Assembly (NCBI GenBank): GCA_946965045.2
Contig: OX337230.1
Coordinates: 3,782,001 to 3,846,000 of the forward strand
Direction: 5' to 3'
Length of the DNA: 64,000 bases
Source: Epithemia pelagica
Lineage: Eukaryota > Protista > Bacillariophyta
The notes beneath the pieces were generated by a model that saw only the letters and a program-made list of their open reading frames with translations, had not been told where the DNA came from and did no database searches. Below, piece after piece: positions 45,068-56,630 of the stretch (its first letter is position 1; the number at the start of each line of letters is the position of its first letter). Both the position numbers and the translations under genes were made by a program.

Positions 45068-45447
45068 TTTGTCTGTTCGGGCACAGGCAGAGAGATGGAG
45101 GATGAGGGGACTGCCCACGATGTTCGACAGTAGCTACTTTCACTGCTCCTGGAGACTGAACCACAGGTCGAAATGCGCGACACCCCTATGATTTTCTACT
45201 ACTTTTATATCTATCCTATCGATTAGGTTGGGTGGTGTTTCGCATTTCGACCGGCGAATGGCCATCGTCGCATGAAGCGGTCACTAGTCGTTATTGCATT
45301 TTGCATTTTTCAATATGTGCGTGACAAAATGTGAGGAACACGAAAACCGTAAGTGATCCGAAACGCTGGGGTACTGTGGGCTAAAGTGTAGTATACAATT
45401 TCCCACTATGAAAAACTCATGCACTCCGCAACGTGAACCAGCTTGTA

Positions 45448-46805
45448 CCCTCGGTATCAGTGTCTACTGCTTAGCTGTTTTTTGTCTGTGCCATCATTTT
45501 AGGTTCCCAGGTGGACACAGACATCATTTTTTGCTTTTGAGACAAATAGAAATGATCAAATGGCAAATTGGCACGCATACCCAGCTGGAGTTTTCACAGT
45601 TTGAAACAGACGCATGCCCAGCAAGCGGCCGTGCGTGGATAACTGCTGGTTGCTCCATAATTCATAATGACAAGCACACAATTCTTTTCTCTTGTTGCCG
45701 AAGCACATCGTACGAATGGCATTCCAGGTGAGTGTGATCCGTTGCCAATTGCCATGACAATTACATAGCTCATGCTCACTGATCACTGACACTTGTCACT
45801 TTTGTTTGCTCTGCTCATGGGAAGAGAGGCGATCATCTGTTGTGTCTCTGGGTAGCTCATTACGTGCCATTCTACATGTCGAAATGACGGATTTTTGATA
45901 ACTTTCATTCGATACATAAACAGACTGCAGACATTGTTTTCTTTATATACTAGGAGTAGAAATAGAACTCAAGTGCTATTCATTCGTAGAGTTCAGTGCA
46001 TTCTGAATTCGTTGCAGATCTCTTTTCTGTTTTGAGCATGGCAATGACTCTCAGTTTCACCATGAACACAAGCAGCTCTCACACGCTACAGCTACAACTT
46101 TTGACTCTATGAACTGATAGACATGGAAAGTAGGGTGTGGCAAGAGCAAGAGGGCTTCCCATCTATTTGAAGCAAAAACAACAAAGTGTTCGGTCATTGA
46201 GAAATGAGATGATGCTACGACCTATGACGATAGTGAATCATCTATCCTACAGAAGACATGAAAGCAACCAACCAACAATCAAACAACAAAACAATTACTC
46301 CTACATCAACAAATGAGACGGGTAAGATACTCCAGTTGACATCAAGCGGCTTGTTCCTAGTCTACTCGTTCAACAAGAGACAAGCCAAAGGATCATGCAT
46401 GAACAAGAGGAAAGATTGCAGCAGTGATGAGTGAGAAGAAAGAAAAAGAAACAAGAAGATTAGAAATAAGCCACAGTAGTGAGAAGTGAGAAGCAGTTCA
46501 GGTTCAGCCCAGCATGTTGCATCCATTGTTCTCACCTCACGTCATGGTCAAGCATTTGGCTCGGTTTTTGGTGTTTTGTGACAGACGAGGACGGGAGGGT
46601 TGCCCAAAAAATTTGAATCGTGGTGACCAGAGGACAACCACCAACCGTCAACTGTCACATGCACGCTGGCCTTGCTCCAACCCTGAGGAATTTTATTGGG
46701 TAGACAGACAGACGAAAAACATAAAATGCTGGCTGTGTCCACTTGGGAACCTGTGAAGGTGGCACAGACAAAAAACAGCTAAGCAGTGGACACTGATACC
46801 GAGGG
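45448..46805. mobile_element. Non-autonomous TIR element, 1.36 kb, superfamily unassigned
   Basis: CCCTCGGTATCAGTGTC(T/C)ACTGCTTAGCTGTTTTTTGTCTGTGCCA inverted at both ends (45/46), extending imperfectly to about 80 bp. No long ORF. Confidence 0.8.
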
Positions 46806-46847
46806 TTCCTAGAATCGAAAGTTTCCCCGAATGTCTCTCGCTATGAA

Positions 46848-47320
46848 CAGGGTGACCGGAGTCTAATTATACCCCCACTTTTAGACCCGGTCTAAAAGGG
46901 TATAATTATTTTAGACAGAGGTCGAGTCTAAAATAAAATTTTTAGACTCTTAACCTTAACCCTTCAGTAGCGCCGCCACCACTGCGTGAGTAGGAGACCG
47001 TTCTGCCTCATTCATCTCAATGCCATCGCAATGAACAAAGTAAGGTCTCAGTTATCCTCTCTCATGCTTAGAGAGTGCAAGAACAATGTTATCCATACCA
47101 TCTAATAGCTTAGATGATGAAGCTATGAGGTCCTCTGGATGTGTTGTCATAGACAATGCTCGCTCCTAGTAGCTGGCTGTTTAGGGTTAGGGTTATTGCT
47201 TCGCCGTACAAAACCACGGAGAGATTTTAGACCCTGTTTTAGACATTTTATACAGTCTAAAAGTACTTTTAGATTTATTTTAGACCCGAAATATTTTAGA
47301 CTGTCTAAACGGTCACCCTG
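46848..47320. mobile_element. MITE, 473 bp, CAGGG termini, 7-bp TSD (P-element-like)
   Basis: CTATGAA|CAGGGTGACCG...CGGTCACCCTG|CTATGAA, with many internal TTTTAGAC/GTCTAA(A) motifs. Confidence 0.88.
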
Positions 47321-49624
47321 CTATGAAGGCCTAATGAAAGACTTTCGGATAGCTTTTTGAGAGACGTTCGGAGTTCTAGGATAGCTTTTTGAGAGACTTT
47401 CGGGAAAACTTTTGATCCCCGTACACTACTATATAATGAGCCCAACCAACACCGAATTGTGGGCACAATACTACCCGTACTTACGAGCTCCACCGGACTG
47501 AAATTGTTGCAGCAGTAGCCCGTGCTTTTCAAGGCCTCCACTGTTTTCTCTATAGTTTTTCTATTTTCGTAGGAAGACCACTACGGTCATTTTGCACTGC
47601 ATAACACCACAATGGCACACTCAAGCCGGTGTGCACCTCCAACGAAAGGTCCTAGCACTCCTCCGACCATCAAGGAATCTTCAGAATCAAGTGTACCGTG
47701 ATGGGTGAAAAGGGCGGCATTGAGTTGGCGAGTTTGATCGACCTACAAGAATAGTTGGAAAGTCTTCCACTTTGGGGTTGGAAGGTCGCGACGAGATGAT
47801 CAACATTGGAGATGGATAATGATGGAACGAACGAAGATTGCAGGGAGGGACGACAATGGAAGCTCTGGTATGGATGGATGAGGCGTAGGAGAGCAACGGC
47901 AAGGACACACGGCAATCAACTGGAGGATTTCGAAGCAACCAAATCGACTTGGTCGAAGAACGAAGCAACAACAACATCCGTAAGAAAGACAACAATGTTT
48001 GATAGCATCATGACTTGTGATGGATGCCGGTAGATAAAGGGATTCAGGTTGATGATCGATGCGTGGAAGAGCCCCGACAAGGGCATTTGCGAATCAATTG
48101 GCTGATTCTCGTCCAACAACAAACAACACAACAATCAACTCTCTTCTCAAACGGCTTCCAAACTCAAATCGTTGTCCAAACGCACCAATTCTCTTGTTGT
48201 CCACCACAATCAGCTGCTCGTCTCAAGGCTATAATCAAATCCTCGTCCGTTTGGAGGTCTGAACGCAACAATCAACTTCTCGCTCAAACGAAATGAGACG
48301 AACGCAACAATCGACTCCACCGAACAAAACAACGGACGTGACAACGACAGAGCAAATGAACACAACAATCAACTGGGTTATTCAATTGGGAGCAGAACGT
48401 CCTCAACACCATGGGACCAAGCAGGGCAAATCTGCGATAAGCGACGGCAACAATGGTAAGCGATGACAACGCCAATGACAAGTGACCGAAACACTTGGCG
48501 CAACAACAACAACAACAAGCCAAACGCAACAATCAACTACTCGCTGCTGCCAAACGAAGCACTTCGAGACGCCACCACCAACAACAACAACCAAAACAAG
48601 CCACATGCAACAATCAACTTCTCTCTGTCACCGAACCAGGAACAACGACATGCGGCGACAATGAAAAGCTCGTTTCGGCCAAACGGCAAAACAATCGGCG
48701 ACGACGGCACAGCGACAGAGCACCGTCCTCTGTCATGAACACAGTGATAGGTAGAGCAACCCAAATGGTCTTACCTCGCCTACCGGATGCAAAAACCCTA
48801 ACGCGACAACCAACTATTCATGCAGGCAAAAGACAGGATGGGATGAACGACGAACGCAGACGAAACGATTGCCTACAACCTACTACACATACAAGCATGT
48901 ACAAAGCTAGGTAGATGCTCTCTACTTGTAGCTGTTCATATGCATACGAGCTCGTAGACAAGGCGGGTTGATTGTTGTGCTATTAGCGCCTCCTCATTTA
49001 TCAAATAAGTTTTGAATTATGAAAAGTAGGAACACTCAAAGTCGGATGCTCAGTACGGGGACATAAGATTGGTAAACCAGAGTTCCCCACTCTACATGTG
49101 CAAGCAATGTGCATATATCTTTAGGATGAATTGTTTGGAATAGTCATTGTGATAAAAACTGGGGCTCGTCTAGATTGACAAACCATGGTGAAGGTGCTCG
49201 TATGCCTAGCTGGGGTAGAGTTTTGGGACTTTTCCTTTGGCGCTCTAAATGGACAAGAAGAGGGGCTTTACGTCTGTCCATTGCTTGTATCCAGTCCTTA
49301 TAGTAATGTACATGACAAATAGAAACGATGCCCAGAGAGAATTCTCGTAGCGTAAAAAAACTATTTATCCGAAAGTCCTTCTAAATGTTCCTCTAAAAGT
49401 CCCTCGTTTCCCTGGTGTGTTGTTGCTCCAGCACTCGTTGGGATTTTGGAGTAACCTTATAGCTGTTTGACGAAAGTATGGCTTCCTAACCAGAGAATGG
49501 GACCATTTAGCTGGGCTAGGAGAGTGTCGCACCGAGTTTTGAATCGTCGTCATTATGACGAAGGATGTCGCAAGATAGAACTCCCTCTCGAGTCATGATA
49601 CCTGAAGAAAGGACGTCTGTGCTT

Positions 49625-50097
49625 CAGACGCTGTCGAACATTGTGGAAAACCCTGCCAACATTGGTCGAGGATGGATTGGTTGTGCGGTGCGAGAAGCGC
49701 CTTGGACGTGGTCCATTCCACTGCAGTTGAAATGCAAAAGGAATTCCCAGACTATTTTCCCACGACAGACATGGCTCGAATTCCAGCAGCTCTTTTGGGT
49801 GCTTTGTTTGCATGCCACTTGACCCATCCCTTTGACACTGTGAAGACATGCATGCAAGGTGACATTGAACGAAAAACCTACGGAACATTTTTGCAAACGG
49901 CGCGGACGATTTGGAATCAACATGGATTGGGTGGCTTTTATCAAGGATCCACCTTTCGCAATGCGCGACAAGTACGTGCCGTTTTTATTATGGAACTGAT
50001 GCAAGAAAAGGTTGGTATGCTGTTGTATCCATCGGCATATGGTGAGATGAAACTGAGGACTCGGCCAACAACGTTGTCCCACACACATGGGCTATAG
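49625..50097 (+). pseudogene. Mitochondrial carrier fragment, copy 2
   Basis: THPFDTVKTCMQGD; lacks the N-terminal part. Confidence 0.7.
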
Positions 50098-50331
50098 CTA
50101 CTTGTACTCTTTTTATTCTAGAGAGGGCGTACCGCGCCATAATACATGAACCCATTGTAGAACGTGTTTTATTTCTTTGTCCCTTGTCCTTTGACACTTC
50201 TCCCACCTGCAGCAATAGTGCCCACAAATTATCTTTCGACGGGACTGGAAGTTCTGTAATGGATCAATGGATCGCTGGGGCTGCCTGCTACCACGGAAAC
50301 CGCATTAAGCAACAAGAAACGGCGTGACGTT

Positions 50332-51372
50332 CTAATGGCGGCGGCGGCGGACACTGCGCCCGAGCTGCTGGTGTTCTCCCCTTCGACGACGAGTACGTCG
50401 CTCGATACCCTGCTCTTCACCTTCCCCGCCACCTTGCGCCTCTTGCCGCCGCTGCTGGACTTGTGCCATTTGACTGCGAGTACGAAGCCCAACACCCTGC
50501 GCTTGACCTTGCCGGCCTGCACCTTGCGTCTCACCTTGCACGTCACCTTGAACTTGATCGTGTCCGCCACCTTGTGCTTGATCTTGCCCGCCACCATACT
50601 CGCCAACAGTCTCTTCGTCTGAAGACGAAGAGACATGCCCTTCACGTCGAGCCAGAACTTCCTGAAACCCATTAAGTCCCCCAATGACCTGCAATGTTTC
50701 TCGGAGAATATGGTTTGGCCGAATATCTTCGAAGGATATTCCTCCGCGAGCAATGCGGCGCAGCATTGTTATTGTACTAGGCCGGTCGTTGTCATTCCGG
50801 AGAAGGCGCGCTCGATTGAGATGTTCGTAAAACAACGAGAACATCAAAAGGAAGCTTACATAATACCCTTGACTTTGTCGGGCCAAATTAACCAGAAAGC
50901 CAAGATTGGCTGGCAGGATCAATGCCTGGAAGGTCCTGTTAGCCAGGTCCAAATTTGCTGCTTTTCGCGCTGCTGCCGCCATCTTCTCCTTTTTACGCGC
51001 CTCTTTCAGTTTCCGACGGAACTCTATGCCACGTGCAGAGCGCTTTCCTTCCTCCTCCGAATCCCAACCCGCAAATGCAACCTTTCGTGATGTTGGAATA
51101 TGAACAGGAGGCGCTGTGGACATATTACGTAAGGCTGCAGGCAACCACTGTTCCCTTCCCTCTGCTAGATGGACACGGACCTTCGACCCTGGTTCGAGAA
51201 TCTCAATGTTCTGGAGCGCGTCCATGGCAGCGCATCGTTGTTTGTGGGCACTGTCGTTCGGTGTCGCGGCGGCTGTCTTCTTGTTTGCCGTTCCAAGGTC
51301 CGAGGGCGCGACTTTTTTCGACATCATGCCAAGAACTGTTGCTGCAACGGCAAAGACATGTTGCTGCAACAC
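50332..51372 (-). CDS. Uncharacterised 346-aa protein, copy 2 of 34055-35104
   Basis: Near-identical translation. Confidence 0.5.
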   Translation of the reverse strand: MLQQHVFAVAATVLGMMSKKVAPSDLGTANKKTAAATPNDSAHKQRCAAMDALQNIEILEPGSKVRVHLAEGREQWLPAALRNMSTAPPVHIPTSRKVAFAGWDSEEEGKRSARGIEFRRKLKEARKKEKMAAAARKAANLDLANRTFQALILPANLGFLVNLARQSQGYYVSFLLMFSLFYEHLNRARLLRNDNDRPSTITMLRRIARGGISFEDIRPNHILRETLQVIGGLNGFQEVLARREGHVSSSSDEETVGEYGGGQDQAQGGGHDQVQGDVQGETQGAGRQGQAQGVGLRTRSQMAQVQQRRQEAQGGGEGEEQGIERRTRRRRGEHQQLGRSVRRRRH

Positions 51373-51473
51373 TGGTTGAGATTTTGGAGTAATTCAAGAG
51401 GGCTATACCACTACGAAAGCCATTGGGTTAGAGAATGTGACCATACAAATAATAGGAGTAGCTGGGATAGGAG

Positions 51474-52082
51474 CAAGGATGCTACTGTGACGACGTCACA
51501 ATTGACGCACGTCACGTGACGAGACGTAAAATTGACGACGTCACGTCAGGCCATCAGACTGTGACGAATGACGGGAATGAAAAAAGTGACGGGAAACAAA
51601 AAATCTTTTGTGGATCTTTGGTAGTCAAACAGATAAGTCGAGAAACGCACAAAAATGGCATCAAATGTGATCCAAGGAATGAACAACAATCAACCATTGA
51701 TGATCATGCATTGTCATAACACTCTTATGTGTGCATGATCGATGTTGATTTACCGTGGTTGGATGTCAGAACCACTACTTGTGACGGGACAAGGACAAAC
51801 TTTGGGGATTTATTCTTGGACATGGAGACGAAGTGGAGCTTCCGTCCACTTCAGGCACCATTTACAGACATCCCAGAGACCATTACTCATTATATAGACA
51901 CACCAAGCTAGTCAAAACATCCTATTTCTATCATACATCCCTATTGTCTATTGTCTTATCAATGGGAGTACCCTAAAATTGACGAAAGTGACGGGAAAAA
52001 CCTGACGGGAACATATTCCCGTCATTTTTTGACGGCGTCACGTCACGGTAGTGTCCCGTGACGTGACGTAGTAGCAACCTTG
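51474..52082. mobile_element. MITE, 609 bp, CAAGG termini, 7-bp TSD (P-element-like)
   Basis: ATAGGAG|CAAGGATGCTACT...AGTAGCAACCTTG|ATAGGAG. Empty site with a single ATAGGAG at 35193-35199. Subterminal (G)TGACG/CGTCA(C) repeats. Confidence 0.93.
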
Positions 52083-52500
52083 ATAGGAGAGTCATGTATG
52101 TCGTCGCACCGAGTTTTGAATCGTCGCATTGTGACGAAGGATGACGCAAGATAGAACTCCCTCTCGAGTCATGATTCATAATACCACAGAACAAATCCTC
52201 CAGCGAACAGAGAACAACCGCAGATCCATGTATACTTCCCAGCGGTGTAACTGTTAGTCCTAAATCTTCTTACTCTCAATGATTTATATGCGACTGTTTC
52301 TGTTCTTGGGAGTATACCTCGCTCCACCCATTTTCCAGTCGTGAGATGACGCAGACAAAGGGATTGGAGCCATTTGGCCATCCAGTGACATCGACACATC
52401 TCTCCCATCCATCACATCATCATAAAATTGAGATTGTTGCGTTGTTGTTGTGTCTCTCGCCCAACAAACAATATAAAATATTGACTAAAACCATCACACC

Positions 52501-53025
52501 ATGAGACACATTCAATTGATGCGCTTCCTGTTGGTGACTTCGTTCACCTCCCCATCCGATGGTTTGGCTCCATCCGCCGATCCTCGTCCGGTCGGAATAT
52601 CTCCCGGTAGGATGGGTCGTTCGGGCAAGCTTCATTCGGTGCTCCCACGGTCCATAAACGCCGCAGAGGATACCGAGAAACCACTACAAGCACCATCCTC
52701 CCAAGCCATGTATGGACGTCGCAAGGCCTTGGCCGTTTTGGCCGGTGGATCCCTTTCGTTTGTCGCCCCCAACCACCACAATACTGCCAACGCGTTGGAT
52801 ATGGATGCCTTTGTCAACAGTGAATTGGAATCCGATGCCAAGAATTGTGATCCGAAAAAGGATCCCAAATGTGCACCGCAACTCACCGCCGATGAAGCCT
52901 TGTGCAAATATGGACAGTCGGGAACGGCACGAGGTGAAGCCTGCAAACGGGTCAAGGAAGCGGGAGGGGAATTGCCCAAGGCCAATGGACAAGGCAAGAG
53001 CCTGGGTGGGGCCTATGCCATGTAG
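52501..53025 (+). CDS. Copy 2 of the 174-aa putative plastid protein
   Basis: Near-identical to 35617-36141. Confidence 0.6.
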   Translation: MRHIQLMRFLLVTSFTSPSDGLAPSADPRPVGISPGRMGRSGKLHSVLPRSINAAEDTEKPLQAPSSQAMYGRRKALAVLAGGSLSFVAPNHHNTANALDMDAFVNSELESDAKNCDPKKDPKCAPQLTADEALCKYGQSGTARGEACKRVKEAGGELPKANGQGKSLGGAYAM

Positions 53026-53396
53026 TAATCGAAAAACAGCAGCAACAGCAGCAGTCTCTATAATACGTTGAACCAAACTGTACATAGCTCCATGACTCAA
53101 ACTTTTACACCAACGGGTACCTTTGTCTACGTGTAACTAGTAGAACGAAGAACTATGGTTCACCTCCCTCTTGTGAAACAGACTACCATCCTTGTGTGCG
53201 CTCGCTCTCGAGCTTTTTCTACTCGTGTTGACTCTGGAGACGAAAAGTATAGCAGTAGGATTCCATTCCTTTGAGCTCTGTTACAGTTACACAACTACTC
53301 ACACTTGTTGTTTCGACGACAACACCCAACGGGGGCGCGTTTGGTACACTCACTCACTCAGAGTCCATTCCTTGGTTCATTCATTCCGTTCTATTA

Positions 53397-56300
53397 CTAA
53401 TCTCGTATCATGTGGACGCCATTGGGATGGTTGTATTGTTCCAAAAAGAGTTTGCCCAATTCCAATTTTTCCGCCTCGGCCAAGGAATAACAGGGTGTCA
53501 TGGCCCACAATTCGACATTAATGACTTCAAATCGGGATCCATCGGCATGGACGCGAGACAAGGAGGGACTGCCAAAGGTCAAACAGGGAGAACTCGTGCC
53601 CTCCAACAAGTCCCCCTGCAAACACAACCCGTAGCCCCATTCGTGATCCTTGATTGGATGATCCTCCTCCTTGTCGTCTTGTTGTTGTTTGGCGTCTTTG
53701 GTTGGTTCGACATGACCGCCTCCCACGGCCAATCGATCATTGATGCAATATTGAATGGAATTGTTTTCCCCGGTATACGGAAAGACATCAATTTCACTTT
53801 CGCGATGGGCTTGATCAATAATGGATCGGGACTTACAGCCCCGCACATGACGCATGCGCCACAAAAAACTATCCGCGGACCCAAAAAAGTTCCAATTTTT
53901 GCGCCAACAGTCCGATGTGAAGGATCCAAACACTTCGCCATCCGTCGTTTCCACGGCCAAAATGGACGATTTGGCATTCCGGGCATGTTTCAAAAAGGTA
54001 TGCATCGAGGCACCGTCACGGACCAAGGAATATTTGAGCCAAAAGTTTTCACCCGTCAAACGAAAGGGCAAGAATTGTTGCAAACTTTCCATGAGAGGGG
54101 GTGACAAGACATGGGGACGGGCACTGGCATCTTGTGCCGAGGTGCCAATAATTTGAAAGGGCAAGGTCCCGCCGCCTCCATAGCCATTTTCGTATTCGTC
54201 TTCAATGACCAACCAGGGATCGTAATAATCCAATTCACTCGACGCATTGCTACTCCGATGCATGCCTGGTTCTTGACGAACCTCATCGTCGTCGTCGTCA
54301 TCCATTTGCCACGATTCGCCCATGGGTTCCGATCCTCCTCCTCGTTGCGAATCTCGCAAAAAGTGAATGGGCGTTCCGACAAAGAGCCCCGCCGCGGCTT
54401 CATCGGAAATACTCCGTTGAATGGGACGACGGAAAATGTCACTCATGCGTCGATAACTCATGGTTTCATCAAAAGAATTGGCCATTTGCAAAAAGGGTTC
54501 GTCTCCTTCTTCGTAGTCATAGTCATAATCGTATTCATCGTGACTGAGGGTACCACCGGCCCATCGACCTCGATGGACTGGACTGGTCAAGGTTGCGTGG
54601 GCCGGGGTTGTGGTACCGACAATGGCAAAATCCGCCACTTCGACACCTTCTCCCATGCTGACATCTCGCATCAACACAGGACGTCGAAAACTGGCCGATC
54701 GAGGAGGTACCACAGCGGCGGTGCCATTCGTTTCTTCTTGTTGTTGTGGTTCGTTGGCTGCTTGTCCCGATGGTACCACCAATAAGCTGGGATCCAACAA
54801 TTCCGATTCACTGGGCATGGGAAGGCTCATGGTTTCCTTCTTGGTATCGTCATCCTCCTCCTCGGGTCGTGGTGGTTCGTCCAACAGTACCTTGTGGTTG
54901 TGGTTGCTGATGTCGTCCATCTTTTTTTCGTCGCCAGGATACGACGAATCATAGGGTGTCATGACGGACGACGACGAGGCTTCTCGGGGCGAGCTACACT
55001 CCAAGGAGGAATCGTACCGTGTCAAGAGACTGCGGGTGGGGGGTGGAATTTCGACACGCGTGGGAATCCGAGGAAACAAATCGGCCACTTGTTTGGTCGG
55101 TGTGAGACGGTCCTTATTCTTGTCGTCGTCGTCATTGTCATCCGTGGTATAATACAACCCCTCCCCACCCACCGACGAGGCGACGGAATAGGATCGCATG
55201 GCTTGGACATGAGGAATGCTGGGATAACCTGCCGTAATCGTGGAACCGAGGGTCGTGGCCGAAGCGGTGGATCGAATGGAATGGGCGCGATGCAACGAGG
55301 GAATGGAAGCCGCCGTGGATCGAATGGAATGGGCCATGTGCAAACTCGGAATCGAGGCCAAGGAGGACGATCGTTGGGCCGTGGAACGACGCGGTGGTTC
55401 TTGGTCGACGGCCGAAAAGGTGACGGATTTGCGACTCGAATCCGACAAGAGACGTCTTAAGGGGGGTTTCAAGTTTCCACTCGATCCTTCACTAGCCATG
55501 CGCCTTAAGGACGGTTTGCGACCTGTCGACGCCGACGACGACCAGGAGGGTCGTGCCGGAGATCCACCAGTCGTGGAGGTCAAGGTCGATCGTCGTCGTC
55601 GCACCAACGTGTCCGATTGATTCATAGTAGTGGTGGTAGGAGCATGTTGGACCAGGCGGAGTGATTTTTGTCGAAAAATGGCCGACGACTGTCGTTGATG
55701 GTGTTGTCGCACCAACAAGGAGTGACGACTGGCGTGTTGCGTCACGGCCAAGCCGGATTCATGAGCGACCCACATGATTTGATGATCGTCTTCTTCTTGT
55801 TGTCGCCGTTGTTGCAAGACTTGGAGGCGACGTTCGGAACCGACCGAATCGCCGGCGACGGAACTGGTCGACGATCGAAACAGGGGACGATTCCGGGGTA
55901 ACTGTGGTGGGGCATCCGAAACAGATGCCACCGAGGACGACAAGTACAAACTCGAGGGTGTCTCGGACACGACACTCTGGTCACCACCGGCAGCTGTCGT
56001 TGCAGTACTGGTTAGGCCCAACACATCGGTGGACCACGCCGGTGGCAGGACCGAACTGGTATTGGAACTGGCATGACTGTCATTGGCCAACCAGGCCTTG
56101 GAGACGGCATCCAATGGTTGGTGCTCCACCTCGGTTTCGGTTGGTTGTTTCACGGGCGATACCGGTTGGTCAAAGAGAGTGGGATCGAGTAATTTGTCAT
56201 GGGCCGTTTGCACTTGTTCTTCGGTGCCATGGTCCACAACGGATTGCAAAAATTGCACTTCCGACAACGTCAAGATGGTATGATGGGAATAGCGCGTGAC

Positions 56301-56630
56301 ATCGGATTGCAAGGCACTGCGTTTTTGCGAGCTGCTTGCCAAAGAAGATTGACGCGCCAGGCCCTCACCGGGTTTGGGAATGGCGGGTGGTTTTTTCGTA
56401 GGAATGCTGCCTCTGCCCACCACGGCCGAGGTCGATCGTCGTCGGGTAATGAGTTTGCGACGATTCACACCACTATTGCACGAATGCGAGGACAAGGGCA
56501 AAGAGGAGGAAGCATTGTTGCTCGAGTTGTTGTTGGTGTTATTGGTGGTAGCATCGGAGGAGGTGGGTGGCTTGGGGGGAAGACCCTTGTTGTTGTTGTT
56601 GGGAGTGGACGAAGGGCCTGTGGACGACAT
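53397..56630 (-). CDS. TLDc-domain (OXR1/NCOA7-like) protein, full length, with long S/T-rich disordered N-terminus
   Basis: WLKYSLVRDGASMHTF, ILAVETTDGEVFGSF, FFGSADSFLW, GLCLQGDLLEGTSSPCLTFGSPSL, VELW are TLDc motifs. Confidence 0.88.
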   Translation of the reverse strand: MSSTGPSSTPNNNNKGLPPKPPTSSDATTNNTNNNSSNNASSSLPLSSHSCNSGVNRRKLITRRRSTSAVVGRGSIPTKKPPAIPKPGEGLARQSSLASSSQKRSALQSDVTRYSHHTILTLSEVQFLQSVVDHGTEEQVQTAHDKLLDPTLFDQPVSPVKQPTETEVEHQPLDAVSKAWLANDSHASSNTSSVLPPAWSTDVLGLTSTATTAAGGDQSVVSETPSSLYLSSSVASVSDAPPQLPRNRPLFRSSTSSVAGDSVGSERRLQVLQQRRQQEEDDHQIMWVAHESGLAVTQHASRHSLLVRQHHQRQSSAIFRQKSLRLVQHAPTTTTMNQSDTLVRRRRSTLTSTTGGSPARPSWSSSASTGRKPSLRRMASEGSSGNLKPPLRRLLSDSSRKSVTFSAVDQEPPRRSTAQRSSSLASIPSLHMAHSIRSTAASIPSLHRAHSIRSTASATTLGSTITAGYPSIPHVQAMRSYSVASSVGGEGLYYTTDDNDDDDKNKDRLTPTKQVADLFPRIPTRVEIPPPTRSLLTRYDSSLECSSPREASSSSVMTPYDSSYPGDEKKMDDISNHNHKVLLDEPPRPEEEDDDTKKETMSLPMPSESELLDPSLLVVPSGQAANEPQQQEETNGTAAVVPPRSASFRRPVLMRDVSMGEGVEVADFAIVGTTTPAHATLTSPVHRGRWAGGTLSHDEYDYDYDYEEGDEPFLQMANSFDETMSYRRMSDIFRRPIQRSISDEAAAGLFVGTPIHFLRDSQRGGGSEPMGESWQMDDDDDDEVRQEPGMHRSSNASSELDYYDPWLVIEDEYENGYGGGGTLPFQIIGTSAQDASARPHVLSPPLMESLQQFLPFRLTGENFWLKYSLVRDGASMHTFLKHARNAKSSILAVETTDGEVFGSFTSDCWRKNWNFFGSADSFLWRMRHVRGCKSRSIIDQAHRESEIDVFPYTGENNSIQYCINDRLAVGGGHVEPTKDAKQQQDDKEEDHPIKDHEWGYGLCLQGDLLEGTSSPCLTFGSPSLSRVHADGSRFEVINVELWAMTPCYSLAEAEKLELGKLFLEQYNHPNGVHMIRD

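Larger units (their letters stand above)
38503..45445 (-). mobile_element. Tc1/mariner (IS630-like) DNA transposon, 6.9 kb, with cargo genes
   Basis: TA-flanked ~30-bp TIRs: TA|CGAGCTGGTTCACGTTGCGGAGTGCATGAGT and ACTCATGCACTCCGCAACGTGAACCAGCTTG|TA. Contains a DDE transposase. Confidence 0.92.
38322..49417. mobile_element. Candidate outer TIR element (CAC...GTG ends) separating the two duplicate blocks and hosting three nested elements
   Basis: CACTCT-GAAATGAGGGACTTTC (from 38322) vs reverse complement of the right end CACCAGG-GAAACGAGGGACTTTT (to 49417); core matches 14/16. No TSD seen. Confidence 0.45.
49408..55198 (+). repeat. Segmental duplication, copy 2
   Basis: Matches 33151-38323, with an extra 609-bp MITE. 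Confidence 0.95.

Noticed and set aside
47560-49360. Second transposase or gene inside the outer insertion
   Set aside because: Only short low-complexity ORFs; no catalytic motifs found.
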